Assembly: GCA_965207735.1 (NCBI GenBank)
Contig: OZ242296.1
Span: forward strand, 3,680,001 to 3,744,000
Reading direction: 5' to 3'
From: Candidatus Versatilivorator sp.
GTDB taxonomy: Bacteria > Acidobacteriota > Terriglobia > Versatilivoradales > Versatilivoraceae
Length of the DNA stretch: 64,000 bases
Shown here: positions 54,333-64,000 of the stretch, in pieces
Layout: each line of letters begins with the position of its first letter
Numbering within the stretch: the first letter of the stretch is position 1
Program-made: the position numbers and the translations under genes
Notes under the pieces: model-generated
The model's input: the letters and a program-made list of their open reading frames with translations, nothing else
Told to the model about the DNA's origin: nothing
Databases searched by the model: none

Positions 54333-56939
54333 ATGCGCTATGACAAGCTGACCCTGAAGGCACAGGAAGCTCTGGTTGAATCGGAACGTCTGGCCAGTGA
54401 GCATGCCCATCCGCAAACCGAACCGGAACACCTGTTGCGGGTGCTTCTGGATCAGGCCGATGGAGTCATTCCTCCGGTCCTGAGCAAGTTGGGAGTTGGC
54501 CGGGAAGCGCTGTCGCAGGAAATCGAGAAAGCCCTGGCCAAGCTGCCCACGGTACAGGGTGTTGGAAACCGTCCGATTGCCGGGGTGCTCAACACCATCC
54601 TGGAAGCTGCCTTTCGTCAGGCCGACCGCCTCAAGGACGAGTATGTCAGCACCGAGCACCTGCTGCTGGCCCTCGCCGAAACCAAGGAGTCCGCCACCCA
54701 GCAAATCCTGGCTTCCCAGGGCGTCAATTCCGACAAGATCCTGCAAGCGCTGGTTGAGATTCGCGGTTCACAGCGGGTCACCGACGCCAATCCCGAGGAC
54801 AAATACCAGACGTTGCAACGCTATGCTAGCGACCTTACCGACCTGGCGAGGAAGGGCAAGCTGGATCCGGTCATTGGGAGGGACGAAGAGATCCGCCGGG
54901 TGATTCAGGTTCTGTCCCGGCGGACCAAGAACAATCCCGTTCTGATGGGTGAGCCGGGTGTGGGCAAGACGGCCATTGTCGAAGGTCTGGCTCAGCGCAT
55001 CGTCGCCGGGGATGTTCCCGAGAGCCTCAAGCACAAGCGGCTGGTCTCCCTGGACCTGGGCGCCATGGTTGCCGGAGCCAAGTATAGAGGCGAGTTTGAG
55101 GATCGGTTAAAGGCACTGCTGCGGGAGGTGACGGAAGCCGAGGGGCAGGTGGTCCTGTTTATTGACGAACTGCACACGCTGGTCGGCGCCGGCGCCGCCG
55201 AGGGGGCCGTGGATGCCTCCAACATGCTGAAGCCGGCCCTGGCCCGGGGGGAGCTGCGCTGCATCGGCGCCACCACTCTGAACGAATACAAGAAAACTAT
55301 CGAAAAGGACGCCGCCTTGGAGCGCCGGTTTCAACAGGTGTTCGTGGGGGAACCCGCCGTCGCCGATTCCATTGCGATTTTGCGTGGCCTCAAGGAGCGC
55401 TACGAAGTGCACCACGGCGTCCGGATCAAGGATTCGGCCATCGTGGCTGCGGCGACCCTCTCCGACCGCTATATCGCCGACCGCTTCCTGCCCGACAAGG
55501 CCATCGACCTGGTGGATGAGGCAGCGGCCTCTCTGAGGATGGAGATCGATTCTTTGCCGGTTGAGTTGGATGAAGTGGAGCGGCGAATCCGCCAACTGGA
55601 AATCGAACGACAAGCCCTCAAGAAAGAAGAAGATCAGGCCTCAAAGGAACGGCTGGCTTCCCTGGAGCGTGAGCTGGCCGACCTCAGGGAGAGGTTGGCT
55701 GAAAAGAAAGCCCGCTGGCAGAACGAGCGCGCCTTGATTTCCGGTATCCGAAACCTGAAGGAGAAAATCGAGCAAGCCCGGATCGAGGAGCAGAAGCAGG
55801 AACGGGCCGGGGACCTGGGCAGGGTCGCGGAAATCCGCTACGGATCTCTGGTGGACCTGCAGAAGGAGTTGGATGCCGCCAACCAAAAGCTGGAACAGGT
55901 GCAGCAGTCCAGTCGGATGCTCAAGGAAGAGGTCGATGAGGAAGATATCGCCCAGGTGGTTTCCAGATGGACCGGTATCCCGGTTGCCAGAATGCTGGAA
56001 GGAGAGGTCGGTAAGCTGGTCCACATGGAAGAGAGGCTGGGGCGACAGGTCATCGGCCAGGAAAAAGCTCTGGCCTCGGTTTCCAACGCGATTCGCAGGA
56101 GCCGTGCCGGTCTGCAGGACCAGGACCGACCCATAGGATCCTTCATTTTTCTGGGTCCTACGGGCGTGGGCAAGACCGAGTTGGCGCGAGCTTTGGCCGA
56201 ATTTCTGTTCGACAACCAGAAGGCCATGGTGCGCCTGGACATGTCGGAGTTCATGGAAAAGCATTCGGTGGCGCGGCTCATTGGCGCACCCCCGGGCTAC
56301 GTGGGCTACGAGGAGGGGGGGACGTTGACAGAGGCCGTCAAGCGGAGACCCTATTCCGTGATCCTGTTCGACGAGATAGAGAAAGCCCATCCGGAGGTTT
56401 TCAATCTGCTGCTTCAGATACTGGAAGACGGGCGCTTGACGGACGGAAAGGGGCGAACGGTAGACTTCAAGAATTCGCTGATCATCATGACCTCCAACCT
56501 TGCCGGATCGACAATTCAGGAGATGAACGGCCAAGATCCCAAGGAGATTCAGACTCGGGTCTTCGCGGTGCTGCGTGCCTCCTTCAAGCCCGAGTTTCTG
56601 AATCGCATCGATGACATCATCATCTTCAATGCCTTGGGGCGCAAACAAATCAGTCGGATCGTCGATCTGCAACTGGAGCGGCTCAGATCCCGGTTGGCGC
56701 AGCGCAAGATCGACCTGGAGCTCACCGATCGGGCCAAGGAGGTTCTCTTTCACCAGGGGTACGATCCGGACTATGGGGCTCGCCCGCTCAAGCGTGCGCT
56801 CCAACGCCTCATCCAGGATCCGCTGGCACTCAAGCTGCTGAACGGAGAGGTTCATTCTGGTGATCGTCTCCTGGTGGACGCCGACCCCAAACGAGAGGCA
56901 ATGGTCTTCCAGCCGGCGGTGGTCACCGAGAAAGCCTGA
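54333..56939 (+). CDS. clpB: ATP-dependent disaggregase ClpB
   Basis: [21 protein letters not shown], coiled-coil middle domain, [24 protein letters not shown]; start 54327 or 54333. Confidence 0.97.
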   Translation: MRYDKLTLKAQEALVESERLASEHAHPQTEPEHLLRVLLDQADGVIPPVLSKLGVGREALSQEIEKALAKLPTVQGVGNRPIAGVLNTILEAAFRQADRLKDEYVSTEHLLLALAETKESATQQILASQGVNSDKILQALVEIRGSQRVTDANPEDKYQTLQRYASDLTDLARKGKLDPVIGRDEEIRRVIQVLSRRTKNNPVLMGEPGVGKTAIVEGLAQRIVAGDVPESLKHKRLVSLDLGAMVAGAKYRGEFEDRLKALLREVTEAEGQVVLFIDELHTLVGAGAAEGAVDASNMLKPALARGELRCIGATTLNEYKKTIEKDAALERRFQQVFVGEPAVADSIAILRGLKERYEVHHGVRIKDSAIVAAATLSDRYIADRFLPDKAIDLVDEAAASLRMEIDSLPVELDEVERRIRQLEIERQALKKEEDQASKERLASLERELADLRERLAEKKARWQNERALISGIRNLKEKIEQARIEEQKQERAGDLGRVAEIRYGSLVDLQKELDAANQKLEQVQQSSRMLKEEVDEEDIAQVVSRWTGIPVARMLEGEVGKLVHMEERLGRQVIGQEKALASVSNAIRRSRAGLQDQDRPIGSFIFLGPTGVGKTELARALAEFLFDNQKAMVRLDMSEFMEKHSVARLIGAPPGYVGYEEGGTLTEAVKRRPYSVILFDEIEKAHPEVFNLLLQILEDGRLTDGKGRTVDFKNSLIIMTSNLAGSTIQEMNGQDPKEIQTRVFAVLRASFKPEFLNRIDDIIIFNALGRKQISRIVDLQLERLRSRLAQRKIDLELTDRAKEVLFHQGYDPDYGARPLKRALQRLIQDPLALKLLNGEVHSGDRLLVDADPKREAMVFQPAVVTEKA

Positions 56940-57077
56940 AGGAAAAAAGAGTTATCCACCGTCATGAGTTCAACCATCGCCTCTGTTCCAACACGGAATT
57001 CCGAAAACCCGCTCCCGGGCTCTTGGATCACTTCCAACACCCACCCGATTATCGAGTGGGTCTGCTTCGGTGGCACA

Positions 57078-57225
57078 GCCTCTCGTGCTGTTTATCCTGT
57101 GCATCCATGTTCAATAAATAGAAAACCGGTTTTGCACGACATGGTCCTTGTTCCCGATAGGCCATGAAGATTCGTTGTTTCACTCTCGAATGATCTGCCC
57201 GGTAGGGTGGGCGCTCGGCTAGACT
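57078..57225 (-). repeat. Modular repeat, cargo type 2, between clpB and grpE (a cargo-1 fragment also lies at 56943-56959)
   Basis: Reverse complement aligns to ~27050-27197 (GGCCTATCGGGAACAAGGACC, ATTGAACATGGAT.CACAGGAT) and carries the linker GGGCAGATCATTCGAGAGTGAAACAA. Confidence 0.85.
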
Positions 57226-57254
57226 GACGATCTCCAGGGAGGAGGCAATTTTCC

Positions 57255-57926
57255 ATGCAGAATTCCGATAAATCCAAGTCGTCGCCAAGCAGCACCCCGG
57301 ACTCGGCCCCCGTTCCCCAGGCCGGGGACCAGGACCAGGAAGTCAAAATTCGGGTCACCGACAAACGCTTTTGGGTTCAGGAGGGGAAGGATGCACCGGC
57401 GCAGGAATCCTCCTCATCTCTCAAGCCCACTTACGTGGAGGAACTGGAGAAAGGAAGGGCCGCGGCTGAGAAGAAAGTCGAACAGGTTCTCGCCTCCTAT
57501 CGTGAGTTCCGGGATACGGCCGAGGCAGAGAACCGTCAAGCGCGAGAGCGCATTCGAAACGAATACGAGAAACGGGTTCAACAGGCGCAGCGAGAGATGG
57601 TTGAGAAGTTCATAGACATTTTCGAGAACCTTGAGAGGGCCTTGATTCATGCCGGCAAGAGCCCCGACCGTGAGGGGCTCCTAAAGGGGATTGAACTGAT
57701 TCACGGCCAGTTTGGGGGAGTATTGGCCGAGTTGGGGCTGGAGGAAGTGGCCGGGGTGGGAGAGCCTTACAATCCCGAATTGGCCGAGGCGGTTGCGGTA
57801 ATCGAGGTTTCGGAGCCGGAAAAAGACAACCTGATTCTGGAAGTGGTCCGAAAGGGGTATCGCTTGAACGGCAAGCTGGTGCGCCCGGCCAGGGTCACGG
57901 TGGGACGCGCCAGGGAAAAAAATTAG
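57255..57926 (+). CDS. grpE: Nucleotide exchange factor GrpE
   Basis: ENLERAL, GEPYNPELAEAV, KGYRLNGKLVRPARVTV. Confidence 0.9.
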   Translation: MQNSDKSKSSPSSTPDSAPVPQAGDQDQEVKIRVTDKRFWVQEGKDAPAQESSSSLKPTYVEELEKGRAAAEKKVEQVLASYREFRDTAEAENRQARERIRNEYEKRVQQAQREMVEKFIDIFENLERALIHAGKSPDREGLLKGIELIHGQFGGVLAELGLEEVAGVGEPYNPELAEAVAVIEVSEPEKDNLILEVVRKGYRLNGKLVRPARVTVGRAREKN

Positions 57927-57967
57927 ACCACTGACCAGGGCTGGCCGGGGTGCTTGGAAGGCGTTAA

Positions 57968-58091
57968 TGGTTAAATAAAATACAGTTGTTTATAGCATCA
58001 AACAATAATTGCCAAACTTAACCAATAAATATTATACTTTGAGTTCCCTAACTGGATGGATGTTGAGGAGGCACCAAGAATCAACAACTTA
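57968..58091. promoter_or_regulatory. AT-rich regulatory region with a nested dyad and an IHF-consensus site
   Basis: TGGTTAA/TTAACCA (57968, 58018) around TTGTTT-N8-AAACAA (57986-58005); AATCAACAACTTA (58079-58091) fits WATCAAN4TTR. Confidence 0.5.
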
Positions 58092-58160
58092 CGGGTGGTT
58101 TTAGGCTAAAATGGGGGTAAAATACCTCAAATCGGCCGTTTCTTTGTTAAAGATGGGTTA

Positions 58161-58745
58161 GTGGAAGATTCATTGATAACTGTCAAGGAGGTTGCCGGGT
58201 ACCTGAAACTGAAGGAACAGACGGTCTATCTCCTGGCCCGGCAGAATAAGATTCCCTCCCTCAAGGTGGGAGGCAGTCTTCGTTTCAAGAAGTCCCAGAT
58301 CGATGTTTGGCTCCTGACGGAGCCGAACAGGAGCAGTTCCAGGAACGGCCCCGGGAAAGTGCTCATCGTGGAGGATGAGAAAGCGGTAAGAGACAGTCTT
58401 CAGGGGATCGTTCAACTCCACGGCATTCCGGCGGTGGCCGTGCCTGATGGGTCCCGGGCGCTGGACGCCGTCAGGCGGGAGTCTTTCCGCATGGTTTTCC
58501 TGGACCTGGACCTGCCTCGGATGGATGGCGTGGAAACACTGCGCGAACTCCGAAAACTGGACCGCAAGTTGGTGTTCGTGGTTGTCACCGATTTGGCCGG
58601 AGAGAACCCCTTGTTCCAGAGTGCCATCGAGTCGGCACCGGTTTCGGTCGTTCCCAAAAAGTTTACCTCCCAGCAGATCGGCGACGTCCTGGAGCTTCAT
58701 TTCGACGATCTGATTCGTTCGAATCCAACCGCACCTCAGGCGTAA
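58161..58745 (+). CDS. Excisionase-like HTH (HTH_17) plus receiver-domain regulator
   Basis: ITVKEVAGYLKL...IPSLKVGGSLRF; receiver VLIVEDE, FLDLDLPRMDG. Confidence 0.88.
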   Translation: MEDSLITVKEVAGYLKLKEQTVYLLARQNKIPSLKVGGSLRFKKSQIDVWLLTEPNRSSSRNGPGKVLIVEDEKAVRDSLQGIVQLHGIPAVAVPDGSRALDAVRRESFRMVFLDLDLPRMDGVETLRELRKLDRKLVFVVVTDLAGENPLFQSAIESAPVSVVPKKFTSQQIGDVLELHFDDLIRSNPTAPQA

Positions 58746-58754
58746 CCCGCAGAG

Positions 58755-59435
58755 TTAGGGGCTCTTGGCGCTTGCGATGAACTGGCGGAAGCTTTCGGCC
58801 CAACGGGCAATGGTCTTCTCGGGGCCGACCAGCTTGAAGAACCAGGGTCCTTGCGGGCTTTCCAGAACGGCTCCCATCAAACGATAGCCGGTTCGGGCTG
58901 GACGCTGAGGGGCACCCGGCATGTTGGATGCCTTGAGTGTTCCACTTACGTCCACTTCGGTCATCGGGAACCCTGAGACTTGGCTTTGCCTGATCTTGGC
59001 CTTGGCTCGGGAAGAGGAACCGTCGGGTTGACTTACCTGTCCAATCCAGCGGCTGATGTTTGCGTCGGTTGACCCGCCTTGTCCCATGCCGAAATAGAAT
59101 ACGGTCAGTTCACCATCCTCGGAGTCGCCGTTTTCTCCGGGAAGGGCGAATTGGGCCTGCCGCATGCCGGAGCTCGGCGTTTGCTCGACCCAGCCGGAAG
59201 GGACTTCCAGAGTAAAGGGTCCCAAGACCTTTTGGCGATCGGAGGCAGGGGCGGCCGAGCCTACGGTTGGCGCCGCTGCGGGAGCGTTTCCAGCATTGGA
59301 AACGCTTTCCCCGGCACAACCGGACAAGAGCAGGCAGAGTCCGATCCCGGACCAACAGGCCCGATAGATTCCAGTGCCTGGTTCAGTGCGGGTATTCCCG
59401 AGGTGCGCCGGTCGTCGACGATTGGGTTTGTCCAT
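58755..59435 (-). CDS. Hypothetical lipoprotein
   Basis: Lipobox LLSGC; GQGGSTDANISRWIGQ, GPWFFKLVGP. Confidence 0.75.
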   Translation of the reverse strand: MDKPNRRRPAHLGNTRTEPGTGIYRACWSGIGLCLLLSGCAGESVSNAGNAPAAAPTVGSAAPASDRQKVLGPFTLEVPSGWVEQTPSSGMRQAQFALPGENGDSEDGELTVFYFGMGQGGSTDANISRWIGQVSQPDGSSSRAKAKIRQSQVSGFPMTEVDVSGTLKASNMPGAPQRPARTGYRLMGAVLESPQGPWFFKLVGPEKTIARWAESFRQFIASAKSP

Positions 59436-59557
59436 TCTGGTTCTCCTTTGCTTCTCAGGGAAGGGTTTCCGGCGCTGTCCCCGGAATGGATCAGGCCGGG
59501 TGTTGAAAAACGAGACGGTTCTTCTCTCCCGCGGCCTGCCTCCGTAAGGTCAGCTCC

Positions 59558-60322
59558 TCACATTCCCATGATATTGTATCCGCAATCCACGTAATGCACC
59601 TCGCCGGTGACCCCGGCGGAGAGATCGCTTCCCAGGTACAGCCCCGTATTGCCCAGTTCCCCGGGCTGAACGTTCCGCTTTAGGGGAGCCTGCTCGGCAT
59701 GGTGCTTGAGCATGCTGCCCAGACCGCGGATTCCCCGTGCGGCCAGGGTGTTCATGGGGCCGGCGCTGATGGCGTTCACCCGTATATTGAGGGAGCCCAG
59801 ATCGTAGGCGAGGTAGCGAACGCTTGCCTCCAGGGAAGCCTTGGCGACTCCCATGACGTTATAGTGAGGCACCACTTTTTCCGACCCGTAGTATGTCATG
59901 GTCACGATGCTTCCGCCTTCCGTCATCAAGGGGAGGGCGGCCCGGGCAATGGCCACCAGGGAGTAGGCGCTAACATCCTGGGCCATTCCGAATGCCTCGC
60001 GGGTTGTGTCGACGAAGCGCCCCTCCAGGGCTTCCCTGGGAGCAAAGGCCACGCTGTGCAGCACCAGGTGTATCTTGCCGAAATCCCGATCGAGACACCG
60101 GAAAACGTTTTGTATTTCGTCATCCCTGGTGACGTCGCAGGGGTAGAGGGGAGCCTCGTTGCCGAAGCGTTCGGCCAGCTGGGTAACGTTCCGCTGCAAC
60201 CGCTCTCCCTGGTAGGTCAGGGCCAGCCGGGCTCCGGCCTTATGCCAGGCTTCGGCGATGCTCCAGGCGATGCTGCGTTTGTTGGCGACTCCGAAGACGA
60301 CTCCGAACTTCCCTTCCAACAT
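59558..60322 (-). CDS. fabI: Enoyl-ACP reductase
   Basis: GVANKRSIAW, HSVAFAP, YNVMGVAKASLE, NAISAGP. Confidence 0.95.
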   Translation of the reverse strand: MLEGKFGVVFGVANKRSIAWSIAEAWHKAGARLALTYQGERLQRNVTQLAERFGNEAPLYPCDVTRDDEIQNVFRCLDRDFGKIHLVLHSVAFAPREALEGRFVDTTREAFGMAQDVSAYSLVAIARAALPLMTEGGSIVTMTYYGSEKVVPHYNVMGVAKASLEASVRYLAYDLGSLNIRVNAISAGPMNTLAARGIRGLGSMLKHHAEQAPLKRNVQPGELGNTGLYLGSDLSAGVTGEVHYVDCGYNIMGM

Positions 60323-60465
60323 GGAAAACCTCCCGTGCGATGCGGACATGAGACTAGCAAATTTCCCGGCGAAAAAACAGCGAGGCGCGGCGGTCGCCGG
60401 AGACATCATGTACAATTCGAGCCGAGTCACGCCGTGACCATATCCAGGAGGGAGAAGGAGTTGCT

Positions 60466-60789
60466 ATGGCCTACACGTTCGGGGATCTGAGGCACAAGAC
60501 CGTGGCCCAGCTTCGCCAGATAGCCGGTGAAATTGAGCACGAGGCCGTCAAGGGCTTTACCCAGATGACCAAGGAGCCTCTGTTGAAGGCGATCTGTGAA
60601 GCCCTTGACGTCGATATGCACGAGCACCACGACGTGGTGGGTATCGACAAGCGAGCCATCAAGCTGGAGATCAAGGAACTCAAGAAAAAGCGGGACCAAG
60701 CCGTGGAGGCCAGGGACCGTGCGGGGCTGAAGTCAATCCGCCGCCAGATCCACGCCCTGAAGAGAAAAATCCACCGGGCCACGGTTTAA
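60466..60789 (+). CDS. Hypothetical basic protein with a Rho-N-like helix-extension-helix N-terminus
   Basis: LRHKTVAQLRQIA...MTKEPLLKAI; AGGAG RBS; Lys/Arg-rich coiled C-terminus. Confidence 0.75.
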   Translation: MAYTFGDLRHKTVAQLRQIAGEIEHEAVKGFTQMTKEPLLKAICEALDVDMHEHHDVVGIDKRAIKLEIKELKKKRDQAVEARDRAGLKSIRRQIHALKRKIHRATV

Positions 60790-60901
60790 CCCGCTTAGCT
60801 CAAGGGGTCGAGCCGAGTGACCGCTTCGCTCTTCGGTCGCGAGTGCCCGCTGGAGAGAATAGTCCTGCGCCATGATCACACCCCCCGGTGAGCAATGCGG
60901 G

Positions 60902-61894
60902 TTACATCCGCGAGCCGTCGGTCTGGGGTGACCGCCAATTGTCCAGCACGCCGACCTGCTGGACGCAGGAGACCGTGCAGAAAGGGGCGCAGGTCTTGCG
61001 AAGGTTGAATTCCTGCAGGATGTGTTCCCGGGTATAGTCCTGCAGGGGAATGGCCGGGTAGCCCCGTTGCTGTGAGCAGTAGTGAATCAGGCCGTCCTCG
61101 CAGACGTAGAGGTACCGGCCGCCGGCTCGGCAGCGCCACTGGTTGGGTTTCCCCCGGGAGATGTTTTCCTGGAACCTGTTGAAGCGCGCAAAGGACTTCT
61201 TGCCCAACTTCTGGATCTCCCCATAGACCGCCCGTTCTTTCTCGTCCAGGGCCCGCAGTTGTCCCTCCCCGTCGTGGATGATGCCCAGTGTGCTGGAGAA
61301 GCCCAGGGAGACCGCCCGGCGGGCCACCTGCAACGCATCGTCGGGGAAGCGGATACCGGAACCGATGACCGAGTTGATGTTGACCGCGAAGTCGGCGTGC
61401 GCGGCCAGCATCACCAGCTTCCGGTCCAGGACCTTGAGGCTCTTCTTGGAGACATCGTCCGGGTTGACGTTGTCGATGCTGATCTGCAGGTGCTCCAGGC
61501 CGGCCCGATTGAGCCGTTGGATGCGCTGGCCACTGAGCAGATAACCGTTGGTAATCAACCCGGCCATCATCTTTCGCAGCCGTATCCGCTTCACCACCGC
61601 GTCAAGCTCGGGGTGCAATAGCGGCTCTCCGCCACTGATGGTGACCACACTGGTGCCGAGGCGGGCCAAATGGTCGACCCGCCGCAGCATTTCCTCGATG
61701 GGCACCGGTGCCGAGACCTTGTCGAACTCGTTGCAGTAGGTACAGGACAGGTTGCAGCGCCGGATGGGGATGAGGTGGGCCAGCACCGGATGCCTGGTGG
61801 AAATCAGGGCTTTGGCAACCATGCGCCACTCCCTTGCACGCCGGTGCGCCGCCAGGAATGTCCGGCGAATTCCTGTCCCGTTAACCAAGTTCAT
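60902..61894 (-). CDS. Radical SAM protein with a C-terminal Cys cluster
   Basis: [21 protein letters not shown]; CRAG...C...CAPFCTVSC; start uncertain. Confidence 0.9.
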   Translation of the reverse strand: MNLVNGTGIRRTFLAAHRRAREWRMVAKALISTRHPVLAHLIPIRRCNLSCTYCNEFDKVSAPVPIEEMLRRVDHLARLGTSVVTISGGEPLLHPELDAVVKRIRLRKMMAGLITNGYLLSGQRIQRLNRAGLEHLQISIDNVNPDDVSKKSLKVLDRKLVMLAAHADFAVNINSVIGSGIRFPDDALQVARRAVSLGFSSTLGIIHDGEGQLRALDEKERAVYGEIQKLGKKSFARFNRFQENISRGKPNQWRCRAGGRYLYVCEDGLIHYCSQQRGYPAIPLQDYTREHILQEFNLRKTCAPFCTVSCVQQVGVLDNWRSPQTDGSRM

Positions 61895-62015
61895 CTCTTT
61901 GCACCCCTCTTCAATGCAGACCGAATCGAGGTTGATCGGTTTCCGGAAGTGATCCGACCACCCGACAGACAAGGCACCACTATATGCAAAGGAATCTCCG
62001 TGAGCCTAACGAAAT

Positions 62016-62639
62016 CTACTCGGCAGGCGCCTCCTCGGTCAACGCCTCAGGCCACTCTAGGGGCGCCTCCTCTGACGTCTCCTCCGTTTCTTCATAGCGA
62101 CTGTCCCGGTGCTGAATGACGGCTCCGTTGGCCAGCTTGAACTTGAGCTTGACGCCGCCGGCCTCCCCGGTCAGCGGTTTCACCCACTCGAAGGTTCCCT
62201 CCGAGCCTCCTTCCAGGATCTGAGGAGTCACCGGCACGTCCTCCTCCAAGGGCAACTCCAGAGAGGTAATCAAGGTCAGGGTAGCGAGGAGATCTTCGAG
62301 ACTGCTTTCGGTTCGGTTCAGGACTTTCCCCGTCACCGTGATGGTGTCCTCCCCGCGTTCCTGGTTGAACTCCAGCAGTGCCAGGGGTTCCTCTCCATCG
62401 GGCGCCGTCGGAACCTTTCGCTGAGCGTATTCCTGAGTCCAGGGAAGCCAGGCGTCCATCACCCCGGAGGATGAGATCACCGAACCGACCAGAAAAAGAA
62501 CGGCGGTGATGACCACGCTCGCCAGAATCCAGGCGCGCTTTCTGGAAGGTCCGACCATCTCGACTCGAAAATCCTCCGGCCCCGTCTCGGAAGGGGGCTG
62601 GGGAGCAACATCGTTGGCGTTTCGATTCTCGTTCTCCAT
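62016..62639 (-). CDS. Hypothetical membrane-anchored protein with an Ig-like (FxLYD-like) domain
   Basis: Single TM; ITVTGKVLNRT; acidic tail. Confidence 0.7.
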   Translation of the reverse strand: MENENRNANDVAPQPPSETGPEDFRVEMVGPSRKRAWILASVVITAVLFLVGSVISSSGVMDAWLPWTQEYAQRKVPTAPDGEEPLALLEFNQERGEDTITVTGKVLNRTESSLEDLLATLTLITSLELPLEEDVPVTPQILEGGSEGTFEWVKPLTGEAGGVKLKFKLANGAVIQHRDSRYEETEETSEEAPLEWPEALTEEAPAE

Positions 62640-62656
62640 CCTGGTTCACCCTTGTT

Positions 62657-62821
62657 GATAGTGGATAGTGGTCAGTGATTAGTGGATAGTTTCGGAAGTA
62701 AGGCAGCTACTCGTGACATCGTTAAGATCGTATTGGGAATTGATCGTTGAGTAGACATCAATGGATAGTGCTCAAACCGCCGATTAAATTACTCTCCACT
62801 CTCCACTCTCCACTAACCACT
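62657..62821. repeat. Inverted heptamer-array element
   Basis: GATAGTG-type x5 (62657-62691) facing ACTCTCC x3 plus ACTAACC (62791-62821). Confidence 0.8.
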
Positions 62822-63718
62822 CCGTTCCATTGCCAAGGCCGGCATGGACTCTTCCACGACCTCGAGAAAGACGATACAAGCCCGGGAGAGATAACGGTTT
62901 TTTCGGTAGATGAGTCCCAGCTTGCGAATCAGGTTCAGATTCCTCAAGGGTAACAGGCACAAGGTTCCCTGCCTGCATTCCTCTTCAGCATAGCTCTTTG
63001 GCACAATCGAAATGCCCATTCCGATGGAAACGAATTTCTTGATGGTCTCGATGCTGGCAAGTTCCATGGAGATATGCAAGCGGTCCCACAGGCTTCCGAA
63101 GTGTTTCCTCAGCCGTTCGCGAGTGGTTCCGGCGGTGTGGAAAATGAAGGGATAGGAGACGACGTCCTCCAGGTCGGGCGAGGTCTCCAGAGCCAGGGGA
63201 TGGTCGGGGCCGGTAATGAGCCACAATTCGTCGTCGGCGATGGGCAGGATGTTCAGCTCCTGTTCCGGAACAGGCAGGGTGACGATCCCAAAGTCCAACT
63301 GGTTGCCGCGCACCTTGTCCAGGACTTTCCTTGAAAAGTTGCGGTAGATGCTTATCTGGACTTCCGGATATTTCTTCCTGAAAAGCGCGAAGATCTGGGG
63401 CAGCACGTATAGGCAGGTGGACTCATTGGCGCCGATCAGTATTTTTCCCTTGGGAACGGTGTTCACTTCGGTTACCGCCAACTTGGCTTCATCGTGCAGA
63501 TTCAGCAACCGCTCGGCATAGTCGAGCAGCACGTCCCCGGCCCGGGTCAGGAAAACCTTTTTACCTATGCGATCGAAGAGCCTTGCTCCCAGCTCTTCTT
63601 CCAACATCCGGACTTGCGTGCTGATGGCTGGCTGGGTGCGGAAGAGCTTTTCGGCGGCAATGGTGAAGCTCCGGTGGACCGCCACGGCGTGGAAGTTGCG
63701 AATCTGGTCGAGGTTCAT
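62813..63718 (-). CDS. LysR-family transcriptional regulator (CysL/CmpR-like)
   Basis: SFTIAAEKLFRTQPAISTQVRMLEEELG..LFDR; SIETIKKFVSIGMGISI. Confidence 0.93.
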   Translation of the reverse strand: MNLDQIRNFHAVAVHRSFTIAAEKLFRTQPAISTQVRMLEEELGARLFDRIGKKVFLTRAGDVLLDYAERLLNLHDEAKLAVTEVNTVPKGKILIGANESTCLYVLPQIFALFRKKYPEVQISIYRNFSRKVLDKVRGNQLDFGIVTLPVPEQELNILPIADDELWLITGPDHPLALETSPDLEDVVSYPFIFHTAGTTRERLRKHFGSLWDRLHISMELASIETIKKFVSIGMGISIVPKSYAEEECRQGTLCLLPLRNLNLIRKLGLIYRKNRYLSRACIVFLEVVEESMPALAMERSG

Positions 63719-63787
63719 ATCGCAGTGGAGAGGGGCATTCCTCGATTTTTCGGTTCCTGAACCGGGCTGGCTGGCATCATTCGCAAA

Positions 63788-63806
63788 GCATAAGTTTTTC
63801 TTATGC
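63788..63806. promoter_or_regulatory. LysR-type binding box
   Basis: Perfect dyad GCATAAG-TTTTT-CTTATGC containing T-N11-A, about 70 bp upstream of the LysR gene. Confidence 0.7.
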
Positions 63807-63925
63807 GGATCATATATCGGATAAAAGAAATTAGCCAGTCGGCAGCGCGGTGATTTGCTGCTGAAGGGCCGCCCGGGTTGCCAGACCTTCAGCTATGGGG
63901 ATGGCTCCACGAAGTGAGCCTCAAC

Positions 63926-64000
63926 TCAGGCCGCCGCTTGCTTGCGCCTCTCTTGCGCCAGGTCGTAGCCGGCTTGCCGGCGCATCCAGAAGTCGGCTTC
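63926..64000 (-). CDS. 3' end of a HigA/VapI-type antitoxin (5' end outside window)
   Basis: Manual translation EADFWMRRQAGYDLAQERRKQAAA*, matching the HigA FW..Q..YDL motif. Confidence 0.7.
   Translation of the reverse strand, partial: EADFWMRRQAGYDLAQERRKQAAA

Overview
GC-rich bacterial chromosomal window. The gene content and the layout of the ccm cluster suggest Acidobacteriota (inference). It is mostly housekeeping: gltD 3' end, thyX, rqcH/maf, dciA-gatCA, a variant cytochrome c maturation (ccm) cluster with a ChdC/Cld-family gene, vapBC, glnD-glnB/glnE, pyrRBC, aroC, aguB/aguA, an AceE-like ThDP enzyme, CBS-korAB-CBS, a gldAFG-like ABC system, clpB-grpE, fabI, a radical SAM gene and a LysR gene. 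No rRNA, tRNA or CRISPR array was recognised. Four signals stand out. (1) The ORF track truncates a probable exported selenoprotein at 4549-5955: signal peptide, C-G-U motif at an in-frame TGA (4714) followed by a SECIS-like hairpin, a degenerate UshA-like domain, a His-rich linker and four CXXCH heme motifs. It lies about 3.4 kb from the ccm/ChdC-like cluster, whose CcmE is of the CxxxY type. (2) A dense gene-less modular repeat system at 7 or more loci: a ~58-bp linker with TTGTTTCA...TGAAACAA ends, interchangeable cargo, a tandem array and a nested insertion. (3) A 72-bp MITE with perfect 18-bp TIRs and a 7-bp target duplication sits in the clpB ribosome-binding site. (4) Several heptamer and nonamer inverted-arm elements, plus a truncated relE toxin ahead of an orphan antitoxin. 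All calls come from reading the sequence by eye; no searches were run.
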